The notes under the pieces were generated by a model, which was given only the letters and a program-made list of their open reading frames with translations, did no database searches and was not told the DNA's origin. A DNA stretch of 64,000 nt from a virus. The translations under genes and the position numbers were made by a program. The stretch is taken from positions 2,626 to 66,625 of the IMG/VR virus record IMGVR_UViG_3300045988_183936. One strand, written 5' to 3'. Positions 56,301 to 64,000 of the stretch are shown here, piece by piece. Each line of letters opens with the position of its first letter. Within the stretch, counting starts at the first letter, position 1.

Positions 56301-59300
56301 TCCTTTGCCTTGAAGGTCTTCTCAACTGTAATCGCATCACCATTTGCATCGACCACAGGCTTACCGGTTGCCTTATCCATCAGTGTTCCGGAAACCTTGT
56401 ATGTATGACCGTCAATCAGGCCAGTGAAGGAAACAGTATCCAGAATCGTGACCTTCTTTTCAGGTTCAAGCATTTTGCTGCCATCAGCCTTATTGGAAGC
56501 TGTGGTCTTAACAGTGGGTTTCGCTACCGTTACAGTCTGGCCTTCATCGTCAAGGTCTTTGTGGGATGCAACCGCAACAGACTGCTGCTCGTAGAACAGT
56601 TCCTCGAAAACTACGATGTCCTTACCCTGCATACCCGTTGCATCGAAAGTGAACTCCATGTCGATGCTGCCATATGCCTTCTTTGCGGTGAAGGATTTCT
56701 CAAATACAACAGGCTTGCCGTTCAGTAGAACAGGCTCACCAGAGGCCTGATAAACCAGTGTTCCACGCAGCCTATAGTCGTGTTTTGCTGACAGGTGTTC
56801 ATACTTGACAGTATCACGAATTACGACATTTCCGGCTGCATCAATGAATTTTCCGCCGCCCTCGCCATTCTCGGCGGTCGTATCGGACAGTTCGGGCATA
56901 TAGAACGTTGCAGACTGGTCAACATCGTTGATGTCTTCATGCTTGGCGATGATATTTCCATCATAGGAAACAGTCTCAAACGCCACAACCGTCTTCCCAA
57001 ACAGTGCTGAGGAGTCAAACGTAAAGTAGACATCAACAGAACCATCGGAAGATGTGGGCACAAATATCGTCTTGCCCGTGATTTCCCCGTTTCCTCCGAC
57101 CAGCACTCGGCCAGTAGCCTTATCCATCAGGCGGCCTTCAGCAACGTAAGTATGACCGGGAATGAGGTTGTGGTAGCTCACGGTATCGACAAGAACAGTA
57201 GCCAACGAAGAGACGAAGAACTGGTTCTTATCAGGGCTTGCGTTCATCGTCGTACCAATGCTGGGCTCGGTGACAATCACGGTCTGCGCTTCATCACGAA
57301 GGTCTGTATGCTTCGCACAAGGCTCGACGTCGTTCTCATTGAAGAAGAGTTCCTCAAATACCACAACACTCTTGCCTGCGAGCTGAGAGGCATTCAAAGT
57401 GAATGTCATATCCACGGAGCCAAAAGTCCGCTTCGGTGTAAACTTGATAGATACAACCGTGTTGGGCAGTTCTTCACCAGTTTCACCATTCATCAGTCGT
57501 CCAACCAGTGTATACTCGTGGTCGGGTGTCACATGGGAATAGGTAACGGTATCAGTGATGGAAACCTTCTTGGCTGCATCGACCAAATTGTTGCCGCCAT
57601 CAGTGTTCTCAGCGCTCGTTGAGATGCTTGGCGTGTTGATTTTCACGGTCTGGTTATCGTCCTCAAAGTCCTTATGCCCGGCGATAATCGTACCGTTGAA
57701 AGCCAATTCCTCAAACACGACCAAGGACTGACCATAGAGCTGCGAAGCATCGAAGGTAAACTCGACATTGACTTTTCCGTTCACACTGCGGGCTGTAAAG
57801 GTCGTGCTGCCTGTTACGGGAGTTCCATTAGAATTCAGCACAGGAGCGCCAGTCTGCTTATTCACCAGCGTGCCGGACACGGTATATTCGTGTCCCTTAC
57901 TCAGACCGGAATACGTCACGGAATCAATCAGCTTAACAAAACTCTTGGGGTCAAAGAACTTGGAATTGCCCTCTGCGTTCTTTGCGCTGGTCTTGATTTC
58001 CGGAGTATTAAAGGTCAAAGACTGCTTCAGGTCGTTAATGTCAGTGTGTTTGCCCGCAGGAATCTCCTCGTCTTTATTGAAGTACAGATACTCAAACACC
58101 ACGAGTGTCTTCCCTGCCATATTGCTGGCATCAAAGGTAAACTCGACATTCACCGTACCAGCAACACGCTCAGGTGTGAACGTGGTCTTGCCGGTAATCT
58201 CGTTACCCTTCGCATCGAGCAGAGCCTTGCCTGTATCCTTATCCATCAGCTTACCGATGATGGTGTACTCATGGTCGGGAGTCAGATGGCGGTAATACAC
58301 GGTATCCACGATATGAGTCCCCAAAGCGGGGTCAATCAGGTTGGTATTGCCATCATCGTTCAGGGCCTTAGTGCTCAACTCAGGAGCGAAGAAAATGGCT
58401 TCCTGCTTCTCGTCCGTGAGGTCCTTGTGCTCGGCGATAATGGTGTTGTGATAGTACAGAGACTCAAAGGCGATAACGCTCTGGCCGTACAGGATAGATG
58501 CATTCAGCGTGAAAGTCACGTCAATACTGCCATCCTTACTGGTCGGAACGAACTCGGTCTCGCCAGCCACCAATTTACCGTTGCCGTCACGGATAACATC
58601 GCCGGTTTCCTTAGAAACGAGGTTGCCCATCACTTTATATGTGTGACCGGGCACAAGGTCGGTATAAGTCACGGTATCCGTGATAGTGATTTCGTTCAGG
58701 GGCTCAAAGTAGTTGTTCAGAGAGATGCTTTCGTTGATGTTCGTATGAATCGAAGGAGTATTCACAACGACAGTCTGGCCTTCATCATTGATGTCCTTAT
58801 GGACAGCGCAAGGAGTCGTATCAGAAGCGCGGAAATACAGTTCCTCGTAGACGACCAGAGAATCACCGTCAAGCCCAGAAGCATCAAAGGTAAAGACCAT
58901 CTCGGTGTTGCCCTTGGAGGCGGTAGGCGTGAACGTGTTCGTCACAGTCACAGTGCGTCCGCCAGACACCACAGGCTCTCCGGTGAGCTTATTCATCACC
59001 GTACCAGTGATGGTATACTCCTGACCGATGGTAAGGTGCTCGTAGGCAATCGTATCCTTGATGACAACGTTCTTGGCAGGGTCAATGAACTTGCCAGTAC
59101 CCTCACCATCAATAGCAGTAGTGCCAATTTCGGGGTTATATACCTTTACGGTCTGGTTGGCATCTGCATCATCTTCATGTACCGTCAGTACCGTACCACG
59201 GTAGGACAGCTTCTCGAAGATAACCAGCGTATGCCCATACAACTCAGAAGCATCAAAGATGAACTCAACATCTACTGTACCGGTCTTTGCCGTAGGCGTA

Positions 59301-62300
59301 AACGTCGTTGTGCCAGTAATATCATTGCCGGCAGTATCTTTCAGAAACTCGCCCGTAGTTTTATCAAAGACCTTGCCAGTCAGCAGATAGGTATGTCCCT
59401 CAACGACCTTCTCATAAGAGACGGTATCCTTGATTTTTACGCTGTACTGCGCCTCAAGGAACTTCGTTCCGTCGGCAGCATTCACTGCGTTGGTGGTAAT
59501 CTCAGGAGCCTCGACCGTCACGGTCTGGTCAGCATCGTCAATGTCCTCATGCGTCGCAACAGGCACTTCTGCGCTGATAGCAACATGGTAGAGTTTCTCG
59601 AAAGCAACGAGCTGGACGCCGGCAATCTCAGTGGCGTCGAAGGTAAAGACCACATCCACCGTACCTGAAGTGGTGGACGGCGTAAAGGTTGTCTCGCCAA
59701 CAATGAAATTACCATTGTCATCCTTTGCGGGCTGCTGTGTGTCCTTATCCATCATCTGCCCACTCAGTACATATTTATGGCCGGGTGTCAGGTGCTTATA
59801 GGATACGGTATCAACGATAGAAACGCCAACAGAGGGGTCAACTACCTTCACGTTGCCATCGGGGTTATTTGCAGAGGTCTTGATTTCAGGGGCGTAGAAA
59901 GCTACGGTCTGGTCGGCATCCGCAATGTCCTTATGGCTTGCCACCTCGACACCATCACGATGCAGCGTATCGAAAACAACAACAGCATCGCCGGCAATCA
60001 GAGAAGCATCAAAGGTAAAGGTCAGCTCCGTGGAACCATTGAAGTTGTCACCTGCAACAAATGTGTTTGTTGCAGTGATGCGCTTACCGCTGCCATCCAG
60101 CAAAGGTTCACCTGTAGACTTCAGCACAAGATATCCATTCACGGTATAAGTCTTGCCGGGGATTACATCCGTGCAGGATACTGTATCCTCGATAGTCACA
60201 GATGTCAGGGGCTCCATAGTCTTCTCGCCAGCAGCTCCCTTTGCCATGGTCTTGATTTCCGGTGTCACAGGACTATCCTTTGCCGTAACCACGATGACCT
60301 TCTTATCACCTTCCATCGTAGTGTTCTCTGCGTCAACATTGAACTCGATGGGAGTGGAATCCAGCTTGTAGCCCTTGGGCGCCGTTACCTCGACCAGCGT
60401 ATAGCCGCGACCAAACGGCAGCTCCTCAGGAGTAATCAGCTTACCTTCGGCATCGGTCTTAAATGTAGAGACAGTTGAAAGGCCATTCTTGAGAGAAACC
60501 ACATCGCCCTCAGGGTCGTAGATTTGGAACTCCGCACCACTGTAAGGAATCAGGGTGTTATCCATCGCATCGAGCTTGACAATGCGAACAGAAGCATAGT
60601 AAGGACGGTCGTTCAAAACATAGAAGTATGTCTTGCCGTTCTCGGAAATAGTGACCTCAAAACCATGGAGCATATCAGCGCTCTCAAAGTCCTTCGTCTG
60701 GTCAATGATGTATGTACCGTAAGGCAGAGCCTTGGTGGTAGCATACCCGTCCTCTCCAACAACGATATGGTCTCGGTCGGTGGTCTTCGCGTTGGCGTAA
60801 CTGCCAGCAGCCTTCAGGTAGACGTCGAACTCGGCTCCCACTTCGGGAGTCACCTTTCCGGTCGGGAGAGCTTCCTCAAGGCCGGTAGCTCCCACATCGG
60901 AGTGCTTGAAAATCTTGATGTAGCCCTTGATGACTCGCTCGGTAACGCCCAAGTCGGGAGCCGCATTGATTTCGATAACGTAGTTCTTCGCCTCGGCACC
61001 GACGTGATACACACTGTCGTCCAGCAGATAGCCAACGGAAGGGACGATTTCCTTGATGGTCCAATTATCACCACAGATGTAAACGTCCGTAGTGAACTTG
61101 CCATTGGCATCAGTGGTGTACTGCTTCACCAGCTCATCACCGTCATACAAACCGTAAACGGCACCTTTCAGCGTGGCATTACCCTGTGCTGTAGTCGTCT
61201 CATTATCACGCTTTGTGACGGTCACAGACCACTTCTTCAGCACGTTATGGATAGATGCGGTCGTGGTCTTATCCAACTTGACGTCAATACCGTCCTTGAC
61301 GGCGGGAATGACGTAGCGGGCGGCAGTATCAACTTCTTCCAGAGAGTAATTATAACCGACCAACACGTTCTCGAAGGTCGCCACGCCAGCAGCGTTGGTC
61401 ACGGCGGTCATATCAACGGCCTGTCCCTGTGCGGAAGTTCCTGTCAGGCGGAATTTGATGCCCTCAACGATACCATCTTCAGAGGTTTTAGTGACACTCA
61501 CTGTACCACGGGCCAGCTTATTATACACGTTGGCATTTGTGGTTTTATTCAGAGTGACCACGATGCCGGAAACGACATCGGGCACAATGTACTTCTCAGC
61601 AGTGCCGACCTCCTGAACGGTGTAATTTTCACCAATCAGGACGTTAGAGAAGGTCGCAATACCCTTGGCGTTTGTAGTGGCGGTCATGTCCACTGTGTCA
61701 CCGTTACCAGCCGTGCCGGTCAAGCGGAACTTGATGCCAGACACCAGACCATCTTCAGCAGTCTTGGTGACTGTGACAGTACCACGAGCCAGCTTGTTGT
61801 AGACGGCGGCATCAGTAGTCTTACCCACAGCAATGGTGATACCATTCTGTGCTGCAGGAACCACATAGCGGGCAGCCGTGCCGACCTCGGTCAGCACATA
61901 GCTGTTGCCAACCAGCACATCCTTAAACTCGGCAATACCCTGTGCGTTGGTAGTCGCATCCAGAGACACTTTCGCACCGGAGGTTGATGTGCCTTCCAGA
62001 TGGAACTTCACACCGGAAACCAAACCATCCTCGGAGGTCTTGGTGACACGGAGATTACCACGAGCAAGGTCGTTACGGAACGACAGCTTGGTCGTATCGT
62101 TGACCTTTACAGTCACGCCAGCCTGAACCGCAGGAACCACATAGCGAGCCGGAGTGTTGGCTTCCTGCACCGTATACTTCGAACCGATAGGCACGTTGGA
62201 GAATGTCACTACACCCTTGGCATCTGTCTTAGCGGTCATGTTGACGGTCGTACCAGCATCGGAAGTGCCGGTCAGTGTGAATGTGAGGTTACTCACAACA

Positions 62301-64000
62301 CCATCTTCGGAGGTCTTCGTTACCTGAACAGCTCCGACCTTGAGCTTATTCTGGATAGACACCGAAGTCTTATTGTTGATGGTTACGGTAACATTAACAG
62401 GGTTGACCACCTGATAGTATGCCGGTGTATTGACCTCGGACACAGTATAGCTTCCGATAAGAACATTGGAGAAGGTTGCAATACCTGAGGCGGTGGTTGT
62501 CGCGTACAGGTCAACGGCAGTACCATCAACGGAAGTACCCTGCAGGCGGAAACGCACGTTGGCGATTTTACCATCTTCGGAAGCCTTCGTTACCTGCACA
62601 GAGCCGCGTGCCAGCTTGTTGCTGACAGTTACCTGTGTGGTGTTATTATACTTTACAGTGACGTTCTGTGCGGACACAGGAGCATACTGTTTACCAGTAT
62701 TTACCTCGGTCAGCGTATATGTACCGATAAGCACATTTGAGAACGTAGCTACACCGCTGGCATTGGTGGTAGCTGTCAGGTTTACAGCCTGACCGGAAGT
62801 GGATGTGCCCTTCAGGTTAAACTGAATGCCACTCACCTTTCCGTCCTCGGAGTTCTTGGTGACAGTCACATTGCCGCGAGCCAATTTATTTTCGAATGTT
62901 TTGGTTGCAGACGTATTAGGCGTCGAAAGCGTAAACGTCTGGCTGGCAGGGGCTACATATCTTCTGGGCGTATTTGCCTCGGTAAGAACATAGTTGGAAC
63001 CCAAGGGGACATTGGAGAACGTAGCCTTGCCGTTCGCATCTGTGGTCGCAGACAGATTTACAGCATCTCCCGCGTAAGACGTCCCCGTCAGTGTAAAAGT
63101 GAACCCTTGCAGAACTCCATCTTCCGATGTCTTCGTTACCTGCACGGTACACCGAGACACTTTGTTCTGGAAGGAGACACTCGCCGTGCCTCCAATCGTA
63201 ACTGTCGCAGTCTGAACCCGATTCACAGCATAGTATCCTAACGGCGAAGATTCTGTAATCGTGTAAGTTCCGGGCTGCAGGTCTGTAATGCTGATTTTGC
63301 CGGATGCATTTGTCTTAAAGAGTCGGTTATACCCATTCGGCCCGGTTACAGTAAAACTGACGTTGGAAATGTTTTTCCCATTTTCAGACGTCTTTGTGAT
63401 GTTAAGATTACCGGTTGTTTGCGTCACCTTCGCCCGCACATAACAAGTAACGGGGTCAGGCCAACCGTTCAGCGCAACGCAGTCCTGCTTGCTGCCACCT
63501 GCGACGAGAACGTAAGCATTGACGCTGTCGGGGTCAATCACGTTACCATAAGACACATATGAAGCATATCCATTCAGCAAACTCTTTGCCGCTTCTGATG
63601 TTGCTGTTATTGTCAGATTGTATCCAACCTTACTCGCCGACAAACCAGCCAACCCAAATGTGAAATTGTCAAAATTCGGCAGAACCCTGTTTGAATCATA
63701 CTTAGTTGCTGTCCACACTGAACCATTCCACGCAAGTTCAATATCTTTTCTAAAATCTGTGGGACGGTAAACAGCAAAACTCGGAATCTCTGCCTGCTGA
63801 TTTATTTTCTCCCAAATATAATCGTGCGCCGCCTTGATAGGTTCAGCAACCTCGGGGTCATAAGCATGACCGGGACCCACAAACAGGTCGCTCAGGTCAC
63901 TGTAACCGCCAACGATTTCCCAGATAACCTCCTGTGTGGCACACCAAGCATAAGTACCGTTACCAGCATACCAGAGCAACGTCGAGTCATCTGCGCCACC
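53351..64000 (-). CDS. sortase-anchored giant adhesin, N-terminus truncated by the window end (at least 3542 aa): thioester-like domain, Cna-B and VaFE-type repeats, SPKTG sorting signal
   Basis: Same TQEVIW block as adhesin 1. More than 12 Cna-B-like repeats. More than 20 (V/L)V(A/V)FE repeats. C-terminal SPKTGDSG plus TM plus KRKKNK. Confidence 0.8.
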   Translation of the reverse strand, partial: GGADDSTLLWYAGNGTYAWCATQEVIWEIVGGYSDLSDLFVGPGHAYDPEVAEPIKAAHDYIWEKINQQAEIPSFAVYRPTDFRKDIELAWNGSVWTATKYDSNRVLPNFDNFTFGLAGLSASKVGYNLTITATSEAAKSLLNGYASYVSYGNVIDPDSVNAYVLVAGGSKQDCVALNGWPDPVTCYVRAKVTQTTGNLNITKTSENGKNISNVSFTVTGPNGYNRLFKTNASGKISITDLQPGTYTITESSPLGYYAVNRVQTATVTIGGTASVSFQNKVSRCTVQVTKTSEDGVLQGFTFTLTGTSYAGDAVNLSATTDANGKATFSNVPLGSNYVLTEANTPRRYVAPASQTFTLSTPNTSATKTFENKLARGNVTVTKNSEDGKVSGIQFNLKGTSTSGQAVNLTATTNASGVATFSNVLIGTYTLTEVNTGKQYAPVSAQNVTVKYNNTTQVTVSNKLARGSVQVTKASEDGKIANVRFRLQGTSVDGTAVDLYATTTASGIATFSNVLIGSYTVSEVNTPAYYQVVNPVNVTVTINNKTSVSIQNKLKVGAVQVTKTSEDGVVSNLTFTLTGTSDAGTTVNMTAKTDAKGVVTFSNVPIGSKYTVQEANTPARYVVPAVQAGVTVKVNDTTKLSFRNDLARGNLRVTKTSEDGLVSGVKFHLEGTSTSGAKVSLDATTNAQGIAEFKDVLVGNSYVLTEVGTAARYVVPAAQNGITIAVGKTTDAAVYNKLARGTVTVTKTAEDGLVSGIKFRLTGTAGNGDTVDMTATTNAKGIATFSNVLIGENYTVQEVGTAEKYIVPDVVSGIVVTLNKTTNANVYNKLARGTVSVTKTSEDGIVEGIKFRLTGTSAQGQAVDMTAVTNAAGVATFENVLVGYNYSLEEVDTAARYVIPAVKDGIDVKLDKTTTASIHNVLKKWSVTVTKRDNETTTAQGNATLKGAVYGLYDGDELVKQYTTDANGKFTTDVYICGDNWTIKEIVPSVGYLLDDSVYHVGAEAKNYVIEINAAPDLGVTERVIKGYIKIFKHSDVGATGLEEALPTGKVTPEVGAEFDVYLKAAGSYANAKTTDRDHIVVGEDGYATTKALPYGTYIIDQTKDFESADMLHGFEVTISENGKTYFYVLNDRPYYASVRIVKLDAMDNTLIPYSGAEFQIYDPEGDVVSLKNGLSTVSTFKTDAEGKLITPEELPFGRGYTLVEVTAPKGYKLDSTPIEFNVDAENTTMEGDKKVIVVTAKDSPVTPEIKTMAKGAAGEKTMEPLTSVTIEDTVSCTDVIPGKTYTVNGYLVLKSTGEPLLDGSGKRITATNTFVAGDNFNGSTELTFTFDASLIAGDAVVVFDTLHRDGVEVASHKDIADADQTVAFYAPEIKTSANNPDGNVKVVDPSVGVSIVDTVSYKHLTPGHKYVLSGQMMDKDTQQPAKDDNGNFIVGETTFTPSTTSGTVDVVFTFDATEIAGVQLVAFEKLYHVAISAEVPVATHEDIDDADQTVTVEAPEITTNAVNAADGTKFLEAQYSVKIKDTVSYEKVVEGHTYLLTGKVFDKTTGEFLKDTAGNDITGTTTFTPTAKTGTVDVEFIFDASELYGHTLVIFEKLSYRGTVLTVHEDDADANQTVKVYNPEIGTTAIDGEGTGKFIDPAKNVVIKDTIAYEHLTIGQEYTITGTVMNKLTGEPVVSGGRTVTVTNTFTPTASKGNTEMVFTFDASGLDGDSLVVYEELYFRASDTTPCAVHKDINDEGQTVVVNTPSIHTNINESISLNNYFEPLNEITITDTVTYTDLVPGHTYKVMGNLVSKETGDVIRDGNGKLVAGETEFVPTSKDGSIDVTFTLNASILYGQSVIAFESLYYHNTIIAEHKDLTDEKQEAIFFAPELSTKALNDDGNTNLIDPALGTHIVDTVYYRHLTPDHEYTIIGKLMDKDTGKALLDAKGNEITGKTTFTPERVAGTVNVEFTFDASNMAGKTLVVFEYLYFNKDEEIPAGKHTDINDLKQSLTFNTPEIKTSAKNAEGNSKFFDPKSFVKLIDSVTYSGLSKGHEYTVSGTLVNKQTGAPVLNSNGTPVTGSTTFTARSVNGKVNVEFTFDASQLYGQSLVVFEELAFNGTIIAGHKDFEDDNQTVKINTPSISTSAENTDGGNNLVDAAKKVSITDTVTYSHVTPDHEYTLVGRLMNGETGEELPNTVVSIKFTPKRTFGSVDMTFTLNASQLAGKSVVVFEELFFNENDVEPCAKHTDLRDEAQTVIVTEPSIGTTMNASPDKNQFFVSSLATVLVDTVSYHNLIPGHTYVAEGRLMDKATGRVLVGGNGEITGKTIFVPTSSDGSVDVYFTFDSSALFGKTVVAFETVSYDGNIIAKHEDINDVDQSATFYMPELSDTTAENGEGGGKFIDAAGNVVIRDTVKYEHLSAKHDYRLRGTLVYQASGEPVLLNGKPVVFEKSFTAKKAYGSIDMEFTFDATGMQGKDIVVFEELFYEQQSVAVASHKDLDDEGQTVTVAKPTVKTTASNKADGSKMLEPEKKVTILDTVSFTGLIDGHTYKVSGTLMDKATGKPVVDANGDAITVEKTFKAKDASGSIDVEFTFAATELFGKDLVVFEKIFYNDTEIASHENINDKGQTVQVHNPNITGTTAVGTLDGGKFIDPAANVKITDTVTYEHLSTGHEYTLRGTLMNKETGEPIKNGGTEVVFEQVFTPAATSGSVDMQFTFNASFLKGKDVVVFEEIYFNVDDTEPVAVHKDIDDGSQTVSVTNPEVQTVAVNKEDNGKVFEPDTTVTLKDTVFYNNLIVGHKYTVTGTLMDEETGKAIKDIDGNIVTASVEFVPEAACGTVDVEFTFVATELYGKTIVAFEKLLFNGTVIASHEDINDEEQTTTVHNPEIMRTIAVSAVDEGKLIDASETSIINDTVVYRHLSTGHTYTLRSSLVDKTTGEPVLNNGVPVVAEMQFAPESTAGSVVAAIEFDASSVKGRDIVVFEELFFNADDKNPVAAHKDIEDADQTVTVVKSSIKTSAENAADSTKVFEPTADVVLKDTVTYEGLIVGHTYKVVGTLMDKATGKPVENTGGKTITAETTFTPEAESGSVVVEFKFDARTFFGRTLVVFENLYYGNSVVASHKDINDEDQSVDVKAPIIVGTTATNKADGGKLFDPAEKVVLVDTVKYDHLSAAHKYTLAGKLMDKASGEAVNDKDGNPVTASTSFTPDALSGSVDVVFEFDGKALAGKDVVVFEYLFYNDGDETALTTHEDLEDAAQTVTFTNPSVKTSASNASTGKKTFSPYEKAELVDTVTYTGLIPGHEYTLVGTLMEKVKTGDKFEGKAVMDKDNKPLTATATFTPEKADGTTTVSFIFSARSVAGKTLVVYEELFYDSMSIAAHADITDEEQTVTVDRIHYRSGPTMSTTATFANGAKSSGYASRLVIVDTVSYSGLTVGQTYTLVGKLMDAQTGVALRDTNDREVTSTLTFTPKTSDGSVDMKFSFNAGNIKGAKIVVFEEMYVGKDVAGTPYLSHTDINDAGQTVTVTVSPKTGDSGIGIYIAIGAIALGAVVVVVVVSTIKRKKNK

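Noticed and set aside
54299-61987. Several long plus-strand ORFs (54299..56728, 57674..59668, 60524..61987 and others)
   Set aside because: All are antisense artefacts inside the at least 3542-aa adhesin gene.

Overview
High-GC (~55-58%) Firmicutes/Clostridia-type sequence; this taxonomic guess is low confidence. The window has three parts.

(1) Positions 1-27.3 kb. A unidirectional (+ strand) array of about 45 mostly small, unknown ORFs. Nearly every ORF is preceded by the same strong RBS (GAAAGGAGAAA). The array is split into transcription blocks by four near-identical ~200-bp cassettes, each made of a terminator, a sigma-A-like promoter, a palindromic leader and an intrinsic-terminator hairpin. 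Recognisable genes in the array:
- a MazF/PemK-like toxin
- a zeta-toxin-like P-loop kinase pair
- two XRE-type HTH regulators
- an inserted TnpB (IS200/IS605-family) element
- a MoxR-type AAA+ ATPase plus a CobT-like VWA protein
- a Lar-family restriction-alleviation protein
- a class-II Fic protein
- an HD-domain protein
The array also holds an array of four TCCCGACTAAA iterons phased at exactly 34 bp. The overall architecture resembles an accessory, leading-region-like or anti-defence island of a mobile element; that reading is inference.

(2) Positions 27.3-45.8 kb. An inverted-repeat-rich convergent gap, which is a candidate oriT/att site. A minus-strand operon of zinc-ribbon proteins plus a 725-aa coiled-coil protein. 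tRNA-Ser(TGA) flanked by a tandem 20-bp repeat. Flotillin (SPFH), an EndA-like non-specific nuclease, membrane proteins and lipoproteins, a YdjM-like hydrolase behind a LexA (Cheo) box, topoisomerase III, and an unknown two-gene minus-strand operon (518 aa plus a 2TM protein).

(3) Positions 45.9-64 kb. Two giant sortase-anchored adhesins, 1876 aa and at least 3542 aa (the latter truncated by the window end). Each has an N-terminal thioester-like domain, Cna-B-type repeats and VaFE-type repeats, with SPKTG-like sorting signals. A K/D/T-rich lipoprotein gene lies between them.

No CRISPR array or rRNA was seen.
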